From IMG/VR virus record IMGVR_UViG_3300042545_001275, positions 1-64,000 of that record: a stretch of 64,000 nt of DNA; one strand, 5' to 3'. Source of the stretch: an uncultured virus (IMG/VR IMGVR_UViG_3300042545_001275). Lineage: Duplodnaviria > Heunggongvirae > Uroviricota > Caudoviricetes. A program made the translations under genes and the position numbers. A model generated the notes under the pieces. The model saw only the letters and a list, made by a program, of their open reading frames with translations, searched no databases and was not told where the DNA came from. Position 1 is the stretch's first letter. Each line of letters starts with the position of its first letter. Below, piece by piece: positions 48,834 through 57,984 of this stretch.

Positions 48834-50690
48834 ATGCCTAATTCAATAGAAATTTTCGAAAATACATTACTTCAATTAATTACAAGACAAGGTACTGATA
48901 ATGATAGAACCGAAGTAATTTTAAAATCTGGAGAATTAGGGTACACAACTGATACAAAACGTTTATTTGTTGGGGATGGTAGTGAATATGGAGGCAACGT
49001 AGTTGGTAATAAGTTCAGAGGATATACCACCAATTTAACAAGTTTAGGTAGTGGTTTAGTTGGAGACATTGCATATAAAACAGATGAAAATAGCATATAC
49101 GCTATTTTATCAGGAGATGGTACAAATTCAGCAAACTGGAGAAAAATAGGGGGTGTATATACTGCAGCAGATGGAAGCATCAATATAACAGTAGATAATA
49201 AAATTTCTGTATTGAGTTTATCAGCTGGAACAATTTCTCATGACTTGATGGGACAATCTATAATTTTAGATTCTACAAAAAGATTAACATTGTCTTCAAC
49301 GATAGCAACGAATTCAATCGTACCTCAAAGAAACACACAATATTTAAAACTTCCCGAATATTTATCTATAAATTCAAATGAATACACCTTTCCGATAGGT
49401 GAATTAGGAAATAATAAATATTTAAAAACCGATGCAGTTGGAAGATTATCATGGAGCGCTTTGGGATCTAATGTTAATTATTTTACATATAATAGCGGTG
49501 GTATATTACCAGTTGGAACTATAATATCTACATTAACATCAACGAATTTAAATACCGATTGGGTAATTTGCAATGGACAATTATTAGCTGGTGTTAATTA
49601 TCCAGAATTATCGGCTGTTATAGGAACAACATTCGGTGGAAATACAAGCGAATTTAGAGTTCCTAACTTGAACAATGATATGTTATATGGGACAAGTTCA
49701 AGTCCTTATAATTCTACCATTTATACATTCACATCTGGCACATCAGCAAATAGATCACAATTGTCGGCTATTGGTGTGAACTTTTTCGTAAAAGCAAAGC
49801 CAGACAAGGTAATAAAAGGAACTTTACAAATTGATTCTCCATTAAATGTAACAATAAATGGAACGAATAGAAATGATACAAAAATTTCAGCATTGACTAC
49901 ATTAGACAGCGATGTTAAAATTTCTTTACCATCTAGTAGAGTTAAAGTAAGCTATCCGCTTGGAATTACTAAAAATTTATCAGATGTTACTGGATCTTAT
50001 GTAAGTATTTTTAATGGTGATTTAGATATAACTGGACCAACTAATACTTTAAAAGTTGATGTTCCTTTAAAATTAACAGTCGATGGAACCGATAGGACTG
50101 GAACAGCTGTAAGTCCATATAATGGAAATCTCAACATACAATTAAACACCTCAAATACAATAAAAGTAGACACTCCTTTATCATTAACTGTGAATGGAAG
50201 TGATAAAACTGGACAAACTGTTGATTTAGACACTCCAAATCAAAATATGGTGGTTAATTTAAATTTCACTAATATGATGAATACGATTTATCCAGTCGGG
50301 TCTATTATATTTTCTATAGATAATTTAAATCCTCAAAGTAGATTCGGAGGAACGTGGGTTCAAATATCTCAAGGAAGATTTGTAGCAGGTGTTGGCACAG
50401 GTAATGATGGTCTTCAAAATAAAGAATTCGCAGCTGGAAATACAACTGGAGAATATGAACATCAACTTACAATAGCAGAAATGCCAAATCATACTCACCC
50501 AAACTCAAAAACTATAGGTGGGTCTACAGGTGATAAAAGTAAACCGTATTTATATATGACGTATGCCGATGGTGGTCAGTCATCGTTTGGACCTGTTTCA
50601 CCCACTGATGGTGCTGGGGGAGGACAATATCATAATAATACTCCTCCAGGTTTCGGTATGTATGTTTGGCAAAGAACTGCTTTAGCTTAA
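48834..50690 (+). CDS. tail fibre with Mtd-N-like, tail-collar and gp10/gp12-like C-terminal domains
   Basis: RQGT...LKSGELGYTTDTKRLFVGDG; collar PVGTI...WVICNG...YPELSAVIG...FRVPNL; C-terminal YPVGSI...HTH...YVWQRTA. Confidence 0.75.
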   Translation: MPNSIEIFENTLLQLITRQGTDNDRTEVILKSGELGYTTDTKRLFVGDGSEYGGNVVGNKFRGYTTNLTSLGSGLVGDIAYKTDENSIYAILSGDGTNSANWRKIGGVYTAADGSINITVDNKISVLSLSAGTISHDLMGQSIILDSTKRLTLSSTIATNSIVPQRNTQYLKLPEYLSINSNEYTFPIGELGNNKYLKTDAVGRLSWSALGSNVNYFTYNSGGILPVGTIISTLTSTNLNTDWVICNGQLLAGVNYPELSAVIGTTFGGNTSEFRVPNLNNDMLYGTSSSPYNSTIYTFTSGTSANRSQLSAIGVNFFVKAKPDKVIKGTLQIDSPLNVTINGTNRNDTKISALTTLDSDVKISLPSSRVKVSYPLGITKNLSDVTGSYVSIFNGDLDITGPTNTLKVDVPLKLTVDGTDRTGTAVSPYNGNLNIQLNTSNTIKVDTPLSLTVNGSDKTGQTVDLDTPNQNMVVNLNFTNMMNTIYPVGSIIFSIDNLNPQSRFGGTWVQISQGRFVAGVGTGNDGLQNKEFAAGNTTGEYEHQLTIAEMPNHTHPNSKTIGGSTGDKSKPYLYMTYADGGQSSFGPVSPTDGAGGGQYHNNTPPGFGMYVWQRTALA

Positions 50691-50696
50691 TAATCA

Positions 50697-51518
50697 ATGA
50701 GTGTTCCAAATGATATTTTATTACCAGTTAATGCGAAGTATATTAGTTTTGTTGATCCAAAATTAAAATTCAATCCGCATTATGATGTAGTGTGGAGTTT
50801 TCAAATAGCACTTACAGGTACAGAACACGCATTTTCAACTTTTTTAGTTAATAATTCTAATTTCACTCCTGAAAAAGGACATTATTTAGGACTTCCAATA
50901 GATATTAATGCTATAACTACGGAATTATCAACACCAATAACCACAGAATATAGTGAATATATAACAACACAAGAATCTTTATCAACGACATTGATTAGCA
51001 TATCATTTGATACCACTGGTTTCAACGCATTATCAACGCCTTTTAGAGAAGGATTGAAAAGATCTGAAATTAAAAGAAATAGTTTAACAATAAGAAATGA
51101 TAATCAAGAAGTAATATATCATAATGCACTTTCGGCATTAGCATTATCTGGATCGAAAACAACATTCGTGATGACATCATCACAAACATATTGGCAAACT
51201 TTAAGATTTAGATTATCTAACTTGGGGTCTAAATTAGATATTGATTTAAAAACTGATAATGATTATGTAACTATATTTTCATTACCTGTAAATATTTCAA
51301 TCACAAATGAAAATCAAATATGTGCAGGTTTTTCATTCACATCTCCAGTATCATCAACATTAACTCCAAACTCTACATTATTTTTGAATAATTTCCATAT
51401 TCAAGGAAATACATCAACCCCCACATATGAAATTATAGATAACAATCCTTTTGTTATTGATACAGATCCAGATTATCAAATTTTTGATAATAACTTGACT
51501 ATCATTCCAAAAGCATAA
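50697..51518 (+). CDS. putative lectin-like (ConA-type beta-sandwich) protein
   Basis: Beta-rich; ISFDTTG and CAGFSFTS resemble legume-lectin motifs. Confidence 0.4.
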   Translation: MSVPNDILLPVNAKYISFVDPKLKFNPHYDVVWSFQIALTGTEHAFSTFLVNNSNFTPEKGHYLGLPIDINAITTELSTPITTEYSEYITTQESLSTTLISISFDTTGFNALSTPFREGLKRSEIKRNSLTIRNDNQEVIYHNALSALALSGSKTTFVMTSSQTYWQTLRFRLSNLGSKLDIDLKTDNDYVTIFSLPVNISITNENQICAGFSFTSPVSSTLTPNSTLFLNNFHIQGNTSTPTYEIIDNNPFVIDTDPDYQIFDNNLTIIPKA

Positions 51519-51527
51519 TATATTATA

Positions 51528-52640
51528 ATGAATAATTTCAATATTGAAGAACAATTAAATAAATCCGTAGAATGTGTTAATTTAATTAAAGATGAAAATA
51601 GTGGAAATTTATATTGTAAATATCTAACAAACAGAACTGGCACATTATTTTCAGCAAATAATAAAGCGTTATGTAATTTTATATGTTCTAAAAAAGGACC
51701 ATATAACAATAAACCAATTTCTGCAAATGAAGAAAAAGAATTTGTTGTAGAATCTATAAAGAAATTAAATCAACCATCGAAAGAAACAATTCAAAATATA
51801 TTAAAACAATATAATCTAAATTTTGATATTAAAGTTCCTAGATATTATAGTGAAATAAAAAACAATTTAGAATTTTTAAAAAATTATAAAGGATTTAAAA
51901 AATTTACACTAACAGGACCGTGTATAACTATAAATTCAGGAATTGAATATTCAAATATTGATATAGTTATTTGGTTTGATTCATTAGATGATTATTTAAA
52001 TCAAAAAATAAAAGAATTACTACCGAATAGCATAAACAATACTCCTGTAAATTATCATATATTTACAGGAAATGATGAAGAAATTTCATCTTTATTTTTT
52101 TCTCAATTAGACGTTGAAAATAAAATAATATATTTTTCAAAATGGTTTAATATGAATATCAGATCATTACCATTTAATTTTGAAGTTAAGTCTTGTATAT
52201 ATGAGGGATATGATCTTAAATTTATTGAAAAAATTAATGCCATAGATAAAGAAAATGTAAAAGCTAGAATTGGATGGAGGTCCGTTTCAGAATCTTGGAA
52301 TAAAGCTTCACAATTTATAGATGCGGTTAGTAGCAGAGGATTGATTTCAACAGTATTAGACTATACAGGGGTTGATAATAAAGGTGGAGAAAGAGTATCC
52401 GATGAAATTTATAATTTAAGAAGAGAATCTTGTTTCGGGAGTTCTGAAAAAAATATTAAACCTTGTCATTTTTTGTCAAAAGATTCTGATGATATGCATT
52501 TTTGCAAAGCGTGTGGATGTGGGTCAAATAAACTTGCTGTATTAAATCCAAGACAAGAAGATGGATATTCTAAATTACATTATCCAAATTTAGAATGTCC
52601 TTTGGCAAAACCAGGATTTTCTAATCATACTACACAGTAA
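51528..52640 (+). CDS. Cys-rich protein with degenerate nucleotidyltransferase-like core (paralog A)
   Basis: N-terminal Cys cluster; FTLTGPC...NIDIVIWF; C-terminal C..C..CKACGC..CP. Confidence 0.55.
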   Translation: MNNFNIEEQLNKSVECVNLIKDENSGNLYCKYLTNRTGTLFSANNKALCNFICSKKGPYNNKPISANEEKEFVVESIKKLNQPSKETIQNILKQYNLNFDIKVPRYYSEIKNNLEFLKNYKGFKKFTLTGPCITINSGIEYSNIDIVIWFDSLDDYLNQKIKELLPNSINNTPVNYHIFTGNDEEISSLFFSQLDVENKIIYFSKWFNMNIRSLPFNFEVKSCIYEGYDLKFIEKINAIDKENVKARIGWRSVSESWNKASQFIDAVSSRGLISTVLDYTGVDNKGGERVSDEIYNLRRESCFGSSEKNIKPCHFLSKDSDDMHFCKACGCGSNKLAVLNPRQEDGYSKLHYPNLECPLAKPGFSNHTTQ

Positions 52641-52681
52641 TATTATTTGAAAATTCTTCATCAATTAAATAATTATCGACC

Positions 52682-53452
52682 ATGGCGAAGTGTAACGGAT
52701 TAAAAATAACAGCAAGATATTCCAATTCGGAAGGTCCGTGTCCTGGTGATCATAAATGTGATAATGCAGCGTGGAATCTTTATTTAGGGAAAATTTTCAT
52801 AGGAGAAATAAATTTAAATAATGCAAATGATGGCGGAAATAGAGTTAGTGAATTATATGCAACTGGTGATGACATAAACGATTATATTTCCGAATTTGGA
52901 TGTAATTTAAAATTTGAAGCTAAGTGCGTTAATGAATATTGCCATTCCAATATCACTTGGTATCAAGTAGAAACTGATGATGGTGAAATATTATTAGATA
53001 GTTGTGTTTTAGATTCTTTTGAATTGGATTGTTGCGGTGGAGGACCACCCCCACCACCAGTATCTACAACCACCAGAAGACCTACAACAACCACCACCAG
53101 AAGACCAACTACAACAACCAGCACAACAACTGCAACTACTACTAGAAGACCCACAACTACTACTAGAAGACCCACAACTACTACTACTAGAACTACTGAT
53201 AGGTGCGATCCATCAACACAACGACCTCCAATAATTAATGATCCAACAGACGCAGAATTAACTACTATACCTTCTACAAATTCACCATGGGACATAATAT
53301 TGATTGATCCTAGTTTACCTTTAAATTCTGATACTATTTTAACAACTACTACTAGCAGCACTACAACAAGCACCACCACACCAAGACCTATTTTAATACC
53401 ATCCACCACAATTCAACCTTGTGAAAAAGATTGTAATAAACTAGGATATTAA
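52682..53452 (+). CDS. Cys-rich, Thr/Pro-rich mucin-like protein 1 (KLGY C-terminus)
   Basis: TTTRRP repeats; ends PCEKDCNKLGY. Confidence 0.65.
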   Translation: MAKCNGLKITARYSNSEGPCPGDHKCDNAAWNLYLGKIFIGEINLNNANDGGNRVSELYATGDDINDYISEFGCNLKFEAKCVNEYCHSNITWYQVETDDGEILLDSCVLDSFELDCCGGGPPPPPVSTTTRRPTTTTTRRPTTTTSTTTATTTRRPTTTTRRPTTTTTRTTDRCDPSTQRPPIINDPTDAELTTIPSTNSPWDIILIDPSLPLNSDTILTTTTSSTTTSTTTPRPILIPSTTIQPCEKDCNKLGY

Positions 53453-53462
53453 TAAATATTAT

Positions 53463-54155
53463 ATGGCTCAGGCTCAACAATCATTAATGTATAGATGGGG
53501 AGGAACATTTCCACCCGAAGCTGGTCCAAGAACAAGTTCATTAACAGTATCTGGTATTGGTGATATAGTCTTTACTGTGCAAAGGGCAGGGGCTTTTTTT
53601 GGAACTGGAAGCTACACTTTTATAGTTGAATGGAATGGAATAGTTAGGCAGTACACAGATGTCTTTGATGGCACACTTCCATACGATATGGTAATATTTA
53701 AGTCGAGCGAAGAACCATCAGTTGTAAATATAACGTTGATTGTAAATCAATCAAATTATGGAGGTTTTATCGACGCTTTACTGTCCTATCCTGAACCTGA
53801 TCCTACAACTACTCCTACAACAACTCCTACAACCACAACTACTCCCACAACAACTTCAACTTCTACAACTACCCCCACAACAACTCCCACAACAACTCCA
53901 AAACCTCCAGTACCAACAACACTTCCACACCCTCCAATAGATCCCAACGATCCAATCAAATTGGATTCGATACCTTCTGAAAATTCAGATAGAGATATAA
54001 CTCTAATTGATTCGATAAATCCATTAACATCAGATGTTGTTTTGACAACAACTACCACTACAACAACTACCACTACAACAACCACAACTTCAAATCCAAC
54101 ATCAACCACCATTTCTCAAATATGTAAATCGGATTGTGATAAGTTGGGATATTAA
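53463..54155 (+). CDS. Thr/Pro-rich mucin-like protein 2 (KLGY C-terminus)
   Basis: PTTTPTTT tracts; ends ICKSDCDKLGY. Confidence 0.65.
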   Translation: MAQAQQSLMYRWGGTFPPEAGPRTSSLTVSGIGDIVFTVQRAGAFFGTGSYTFIVEWNGIVRQYTDVFDGTLPYDMVIFKSSEEPSVVNITLIVNQSNYGGFIDALLSYPEPDPTTTPTTTPTTTTTPTTTSTSTTTPTTTPTTTPKPPVPTTLPHPPIDPNDPIKLDSIPSENSDRDITLIDSINPLTSDVVLTTTTTTTTTTTTTTTSNPTSTTISQICKSDCDKLGY

Positions 54156-54173
54156 TATCAACAAATAAAATAT

Positions 54174-55277
54174 ATGAATGATACAAACATTATAACAACA
54201 GACAATGAAAACATCGATTGTATTAATCTTTTAAAGAATGCATCTGGTAAAACATATTGCAAATTTTTATCAAATAAAATTGGAAAAGAATTTCAAACAT
54301 GTTCTGAATTATGTAAAATGCATTGTTTTGAAACTGGACCATATAACAATAAATCAATTTCAAAAGAACAAGAAAAAGATTTTATTGTAAAATCAATCAA
54401 AGAATATGATATATCTTCATTAAAATCTGTTGAAAAAATATTAGATGATTATGATTCATTTTTTGATATATCAGTTCCTATTTTTTATATTGATATATTA
54501 CAAAATTTAAAATTTTTAAATAAATTTAACGGATTTAAAAAATTCACATTAACTGGAGATTGTATTATAACTTCCAAACAATCTGATTTAAAAAATTTAG
54601 ATATTGTTCTTTGGTTTGATTCTATGCAAAATTTCATCAATCAGAATGTAAAATCGGAATTACCAGAGGTTATAAATAATATAAAAACAAATTATTATAT
54701 ATATACAGGAAATATTGAAAATGTATCAGATGTTATATATCCACAATTAGATGTTGAAAATAGAAGTATATACAAATCTAAGTACTTCAATATGCAAATT
54801 AGAGGATTGCAAGTAGGTCTTCAAATAAAAGAAAATTTAAATGAAGAAAATAATATTATTAAAATTGATAATACAGAAGATATCAACAAAGAAAAAATAA
54901 AACCAAAACTTGGTTGGAATTTGGTTGCAGAATCTTGGAGTAAAGCTTCACAATTTATAGATGCTGCTAGTAGTAGAGGCTTGATTTCAACAGTATTAGA
55001 CTATACAGGAGTTGATAATAAAGGTGGAGAAAGAGTATCCGATGAAATTTATAATTTAAGAAGAGAATCTTGTTTTGGAAATATTGAAAAGAACATAGAA
55101 CCTTGTCAATTTTTGTCAAAAGATCCTGATGATATGTACTTTTGCAAAGGATGTGGATGTGGGTCAAATAAACTTGCTGTATTAAATCCAAGACAAGAAG
55201 ATGGATATTCTAAATTACATTATCCAAATTTAGAATGTCCTTTGGCAAAACCAGGATTTTCTAATTATATAGAATGA
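54174..55277 (+). CDS. Cys-rich protein with degenerate nucleotidyltransferase-like core (paralog B)
   Basis: Colinear with 51528..52640; FTLTGDC...NLDIVLWF; near-identical C-terminal third. Confidence 0.55.
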   Translation: MNDTNIITTDNENIDCINLLKNASGKTYCKFLSNKIGKEFQTCSELCKMHCFETGPYNNKSISKEQEKDFIVKSIKEYDISSLKSVEKILDDYDSFFDISVPIFYIDILQNLKFLNKFNGFKKFTLTGDCIITSKQSDLKNLDIVLWFDSMQNFINQNVKSELPEVINNIKTNYYIYTGNIENVSDVIYPQLDVENRSIYKSKYFNMQIRGLQVGLQIKENLNEENNIIKIDNTEDINKEKIKPKLGWNLVAESWSKASQFIDAASSRGLISTVLDYTGVDNKGGERVSDEIYNLRRESCFGNIEKNIEPCQFLSKDPDDMYFCKGCGCGSNKLAVLNPRQEDGYSKLHYPNLECPLAKPGFSNYIE

Positions 55278-55323
55278 TTGTTAATCCACTACATTTAAAT
55301 TTGTCAATAAATAATAATTAAGC

Positions 55324-55854
55324 ATGGTTACATTAACTGTAAATGGTTCTCCATATTCTGCCGCTATAAGTGCGGTCAATGATGAAGATTGGTATAATTT
55401 TACACCAAGTTCCACCAGTCTTTATACAATGAGGACATATGGAAATACAGATATGTTGATGTATCTGTATTCCAGCGATCAAACAACCCTATTAGCTTCT
55501 GATGATGATAGTGGCGGTAATGGTCAATCGTTAATAACATATAATTTAAATGCTAGTCAAATCTATTATTTAAAATTAAGAGGATATGGTTCAAGTACTG
55601 GAAATTATGAAGTTGCTGTATTTTTACAAAATCCAAGTTTTACATCTTGTTATGGTACTACAATACTAAACGCTTGTAACTGTAATTCTGGTTCTATAAG
55701 CAGATTTTATACTGGATCATTAGGAATTAATACTGTAATATACACTGATAATAGTTTATCAAACTTTTCAGCAGATGGATTATATCGAGTAAATTCATCA
55801 ACAGTTTATGTTTTAAGTAGTGGAAATGGAACTATCAATAATATAAGATCATGA
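55324..55854 (+). CDS. PPC (pre-peptidase C-terminal)-like domain protein plus one 71-aa-type repeat
   Basis: DEDWYNFT...YTMRT...DMLMYLY...LLASDDDSG...YYLKLRGY...GNY. Confidence 0.7.
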   Translation: MVTLTVNGSPYSAAISAVNDEDWYNFTPSSTSLYTMRTYGNTDMLMYLYSSDQTTLLASDDDSGGNGQSLITYNLNASQIYYLKLRGYGSSTGNYEVAVFLQNPSFTSCYGTTILNACNCNSGSISRFYTGSLGINTVIYTDNSLSNFSADGLYRVNSSTVYVLSSGNGTINNIRS

Positions 55855-57971
55855 CCAGCGACATTTACTTATATTATGGAGCAACTTCTGGTTCTGCTTG
55901 TACTAGTAACACTGGTTCAACTGTATATTATGAAGGATATATTGATATAGGAACTGCATTATATAGTGATGTTGATTTAATTACCCCTGCATCTGATGGA
56001 TATTATAATTATTATGGAACGATATATTATGTAGTTAGTGGAGTTGTTGATTCATCTTCAACTTGTCCAGATTATAGTGTTGTATATTTTGGATCTACAG
56101 TAGGAACTTCGTGTACTAGTAATACTGAATCAACTGTATATTATGAAGGATATATTGATATAGGAACTGCATTATATAGTGATGTTGATTTAATCACCCC
56201 TGCATCTGATGGATATTATAATTATGATGGAACGATATATTATGTAGTTAGTGGAGTTGTTGATTCATCTTCAACTTGTCCAGATTATAGTGTTGTATAT
56301 TTCGGATCTACTGTAGGAACTGCTTGTGCTGATAATACTGAAACAACGGTATTCTATACTGGTTCTTTTACTACAGGAAATACATTATATACTGATGCTG
56401 ATTTAACTATAACTGTTCCTAATGGATATTATAATTATTATGGAACGATATATTATGTAGTTAGTGGAGTTGTTGATTCATCTTCAACTTGTCCAAATTC
56501 TACTTATTTATATTTTGGATCTACTGTAGGAACTTCGTGTACTAGTAATACTGGATCGACTGTATATCATACAGGATCTTTCGAAATAGGAACTACATTA
56601 TACACCGATTTTGATTTAACTATAACTGTTCCTGATGGATATTATAAAAGTGGAAACATAGTATATCAAACAATAGATGGAGTTATTCAATCTTCATCAT
56701 CTTGTCCAACTTCATTTTTTTTGTATTTTGGATCTACTGTAGGAACTGCGTGTACTAGTAATACTGGATCGACTGTATATCATACAGGATTTTTCGAAAT
56801 AGGAACTACATTATATACTGATGCTGATTTAACTACAACAGTATCTGATGGATATTATAAATATGAAAACACAGTATATCAAACAATAGGTGGAGTTATT
56901 CAATCTTCTTTAAATTGTCCATTATCCTCCACTCTATCATATACTTTAGATAATTCTTGTTTTACTGGAACAACATCTGTATTATATTATATCGGTTCTC
57001 TTATAGAAGGAACTTTAGTATATAGCGATTTTAATAGAACCATACCAGCAGATGATGGTTATTATAGAGAGAGTGTAAGTGTTGTTTATGTAGTGTTAAA
57101 CGGCGTAATAACCAGCATTACAAAATGCAACTATCAAACAAGCACAACCTTTACAACACAACCGCCAACGCAGCTCTGTCCTGGTAGAGCTATAGTTATA
57201 CAAATTTGCAATAGCAATGCTGTAAAAGATGATAATTTTGATATTTATGTAAATGGATATTATCTAGGTGGGCTTGATTTAAATTCAGATGCTCAAGTGG
57301 GTTCTATATTTATAGGATCTGATATTCCAAATTTAACAATAGTAAATCAAGATTTTGCCTGTCCATTAAACCAAATGGTAGAATATAGATTTAATGAAAA
57401 TATATTAAATCTAGGAAATAACAATAACCTGTATATGAAAAATACGCAGGATAATTTTAATGGCAATCTTGGAACAGTACAAATTAGAGCTTATGATATT
57501 ATTGGAACTCTTTTGTTAAATCCAACTGTTATAGCAGATTTAACATATAGTGGGGATGAGGGTTATGATTTTCTTTTTGAAAATGTTGATATTTTTTGCC
57601 CCACCACAACAACCACAACATCAGCTCCTACTACTACCACTACTAGCACCACAACACTTGCTCCTGTCACTACTACTACTACTACTACTACCACTTCACC
57701 GCCAACCACTACATTACCGCCATGTCCTGTTCATACATCGCAACCCCCGCCATTTATCAATACTCCAAAAGGAATAGAATTAGAATCTATAATTTCTACA
57801 AATTCTCCCAGAAATATAACATTAGTTGAATCTTCAGATCCTTTAACTTCTGATATTATTTTAACAACTACCACAACTACTACCACAACTACCACAACCA
57901 CGACTACAACTACAATATATCCAACAACAATATTAAATTGTAACCCATATTGCAATAAATTGGGCTATTAA
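55851..57971 (+). CDS. repeat-rich mucin-like protein 3 (six 71-72-aa Cys-bounded repeats, shared beta domain, Thr tracts, KLGY C-terminus)
   Basis: Repeats YFGSTVGTxC...DGYY...GVVDSSSTCP; ends NCNPYCNKLGY. Confidence 0.7.
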   Translation: MTSDIYLYYGATSGSACTSNTGSTVYYEGYIDIGTALYSDVDLITPASDGYYNYYGTIYYVVSGVVDSSSTCPDYSVVYFGSTVGTSCTSNTESTVYYEGYIDIGTALYSDVDLITPASDGYYNYDGTIYYVVSGVVDSSSTCPDYSVVYFGSTVGTACADNTETTVFYTGSFTTGNTLYTDADLTITVPNGYYNYYGTIYYVVSGVVDSSSTCPNSTYLYFGSTVGTSCTSNTGSTVYHTGSFEIGTTLYTDFDLTITVPDGYYKSGNIVYQTIDGVIQSSSSCPTSFFLYFGSTVGTACTSNTGSTVYHTGFFEIGTTLYTDADLTTTVSDGYYKYENTVYQTIGGVIQSSLNCPLSSTLSYTLDNSCFTGTTSVLYYIGSLIEGTLVYSDFNRTIPADDGYYRESVSVVYVVLNGVITSITKCNYQTSTTFTTQPPTQLCPGRAIVIQICNSNAVKDDNFDIYVNGYYLGGLDLNSDAQVGSIFIGSDIPNLTIVNQDFACPLNQMVEYRFNENILNLGNNNNLYMKNTQDNFNGNLGTVQIRAYDIIGTLLLNPTVIADLTYSGDEGYDFLFENVDIFCPTTTTTTSAPTTTTTSTTTLAPVTTTTTTTTTSPPTTTLPPCPVHTSQPPPFINTPKGIELESIISTNSPRNITLVESSDPLTSDIILTTTTTTTTTTTTTTTTTIYPTTILNCNPYCNKLGY
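55870..56920 (+). repeat. 213-216-bp tandem repeats
   Basis: TGTACTAGTAA at 55899 and 56112 (period 213); later units mosaic. Confidence 0.85.
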
Positions 57972-57984
57972 TAAATATGTCAAT

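Noticed and set aside
47169..50690. Complete DGR associated with the Mtd-N-like fibres
   Set aside because: No reverse transcriptase and no template/variable pair differing only at adenines; differences between the two fibre C-termini involve all bases.
52963..57955. Poly-Val minus-strand and Gln/Leu-rich alternative-frame ORFs
   Set aside because: Artefacts of ACN poly-Thr codon runs.
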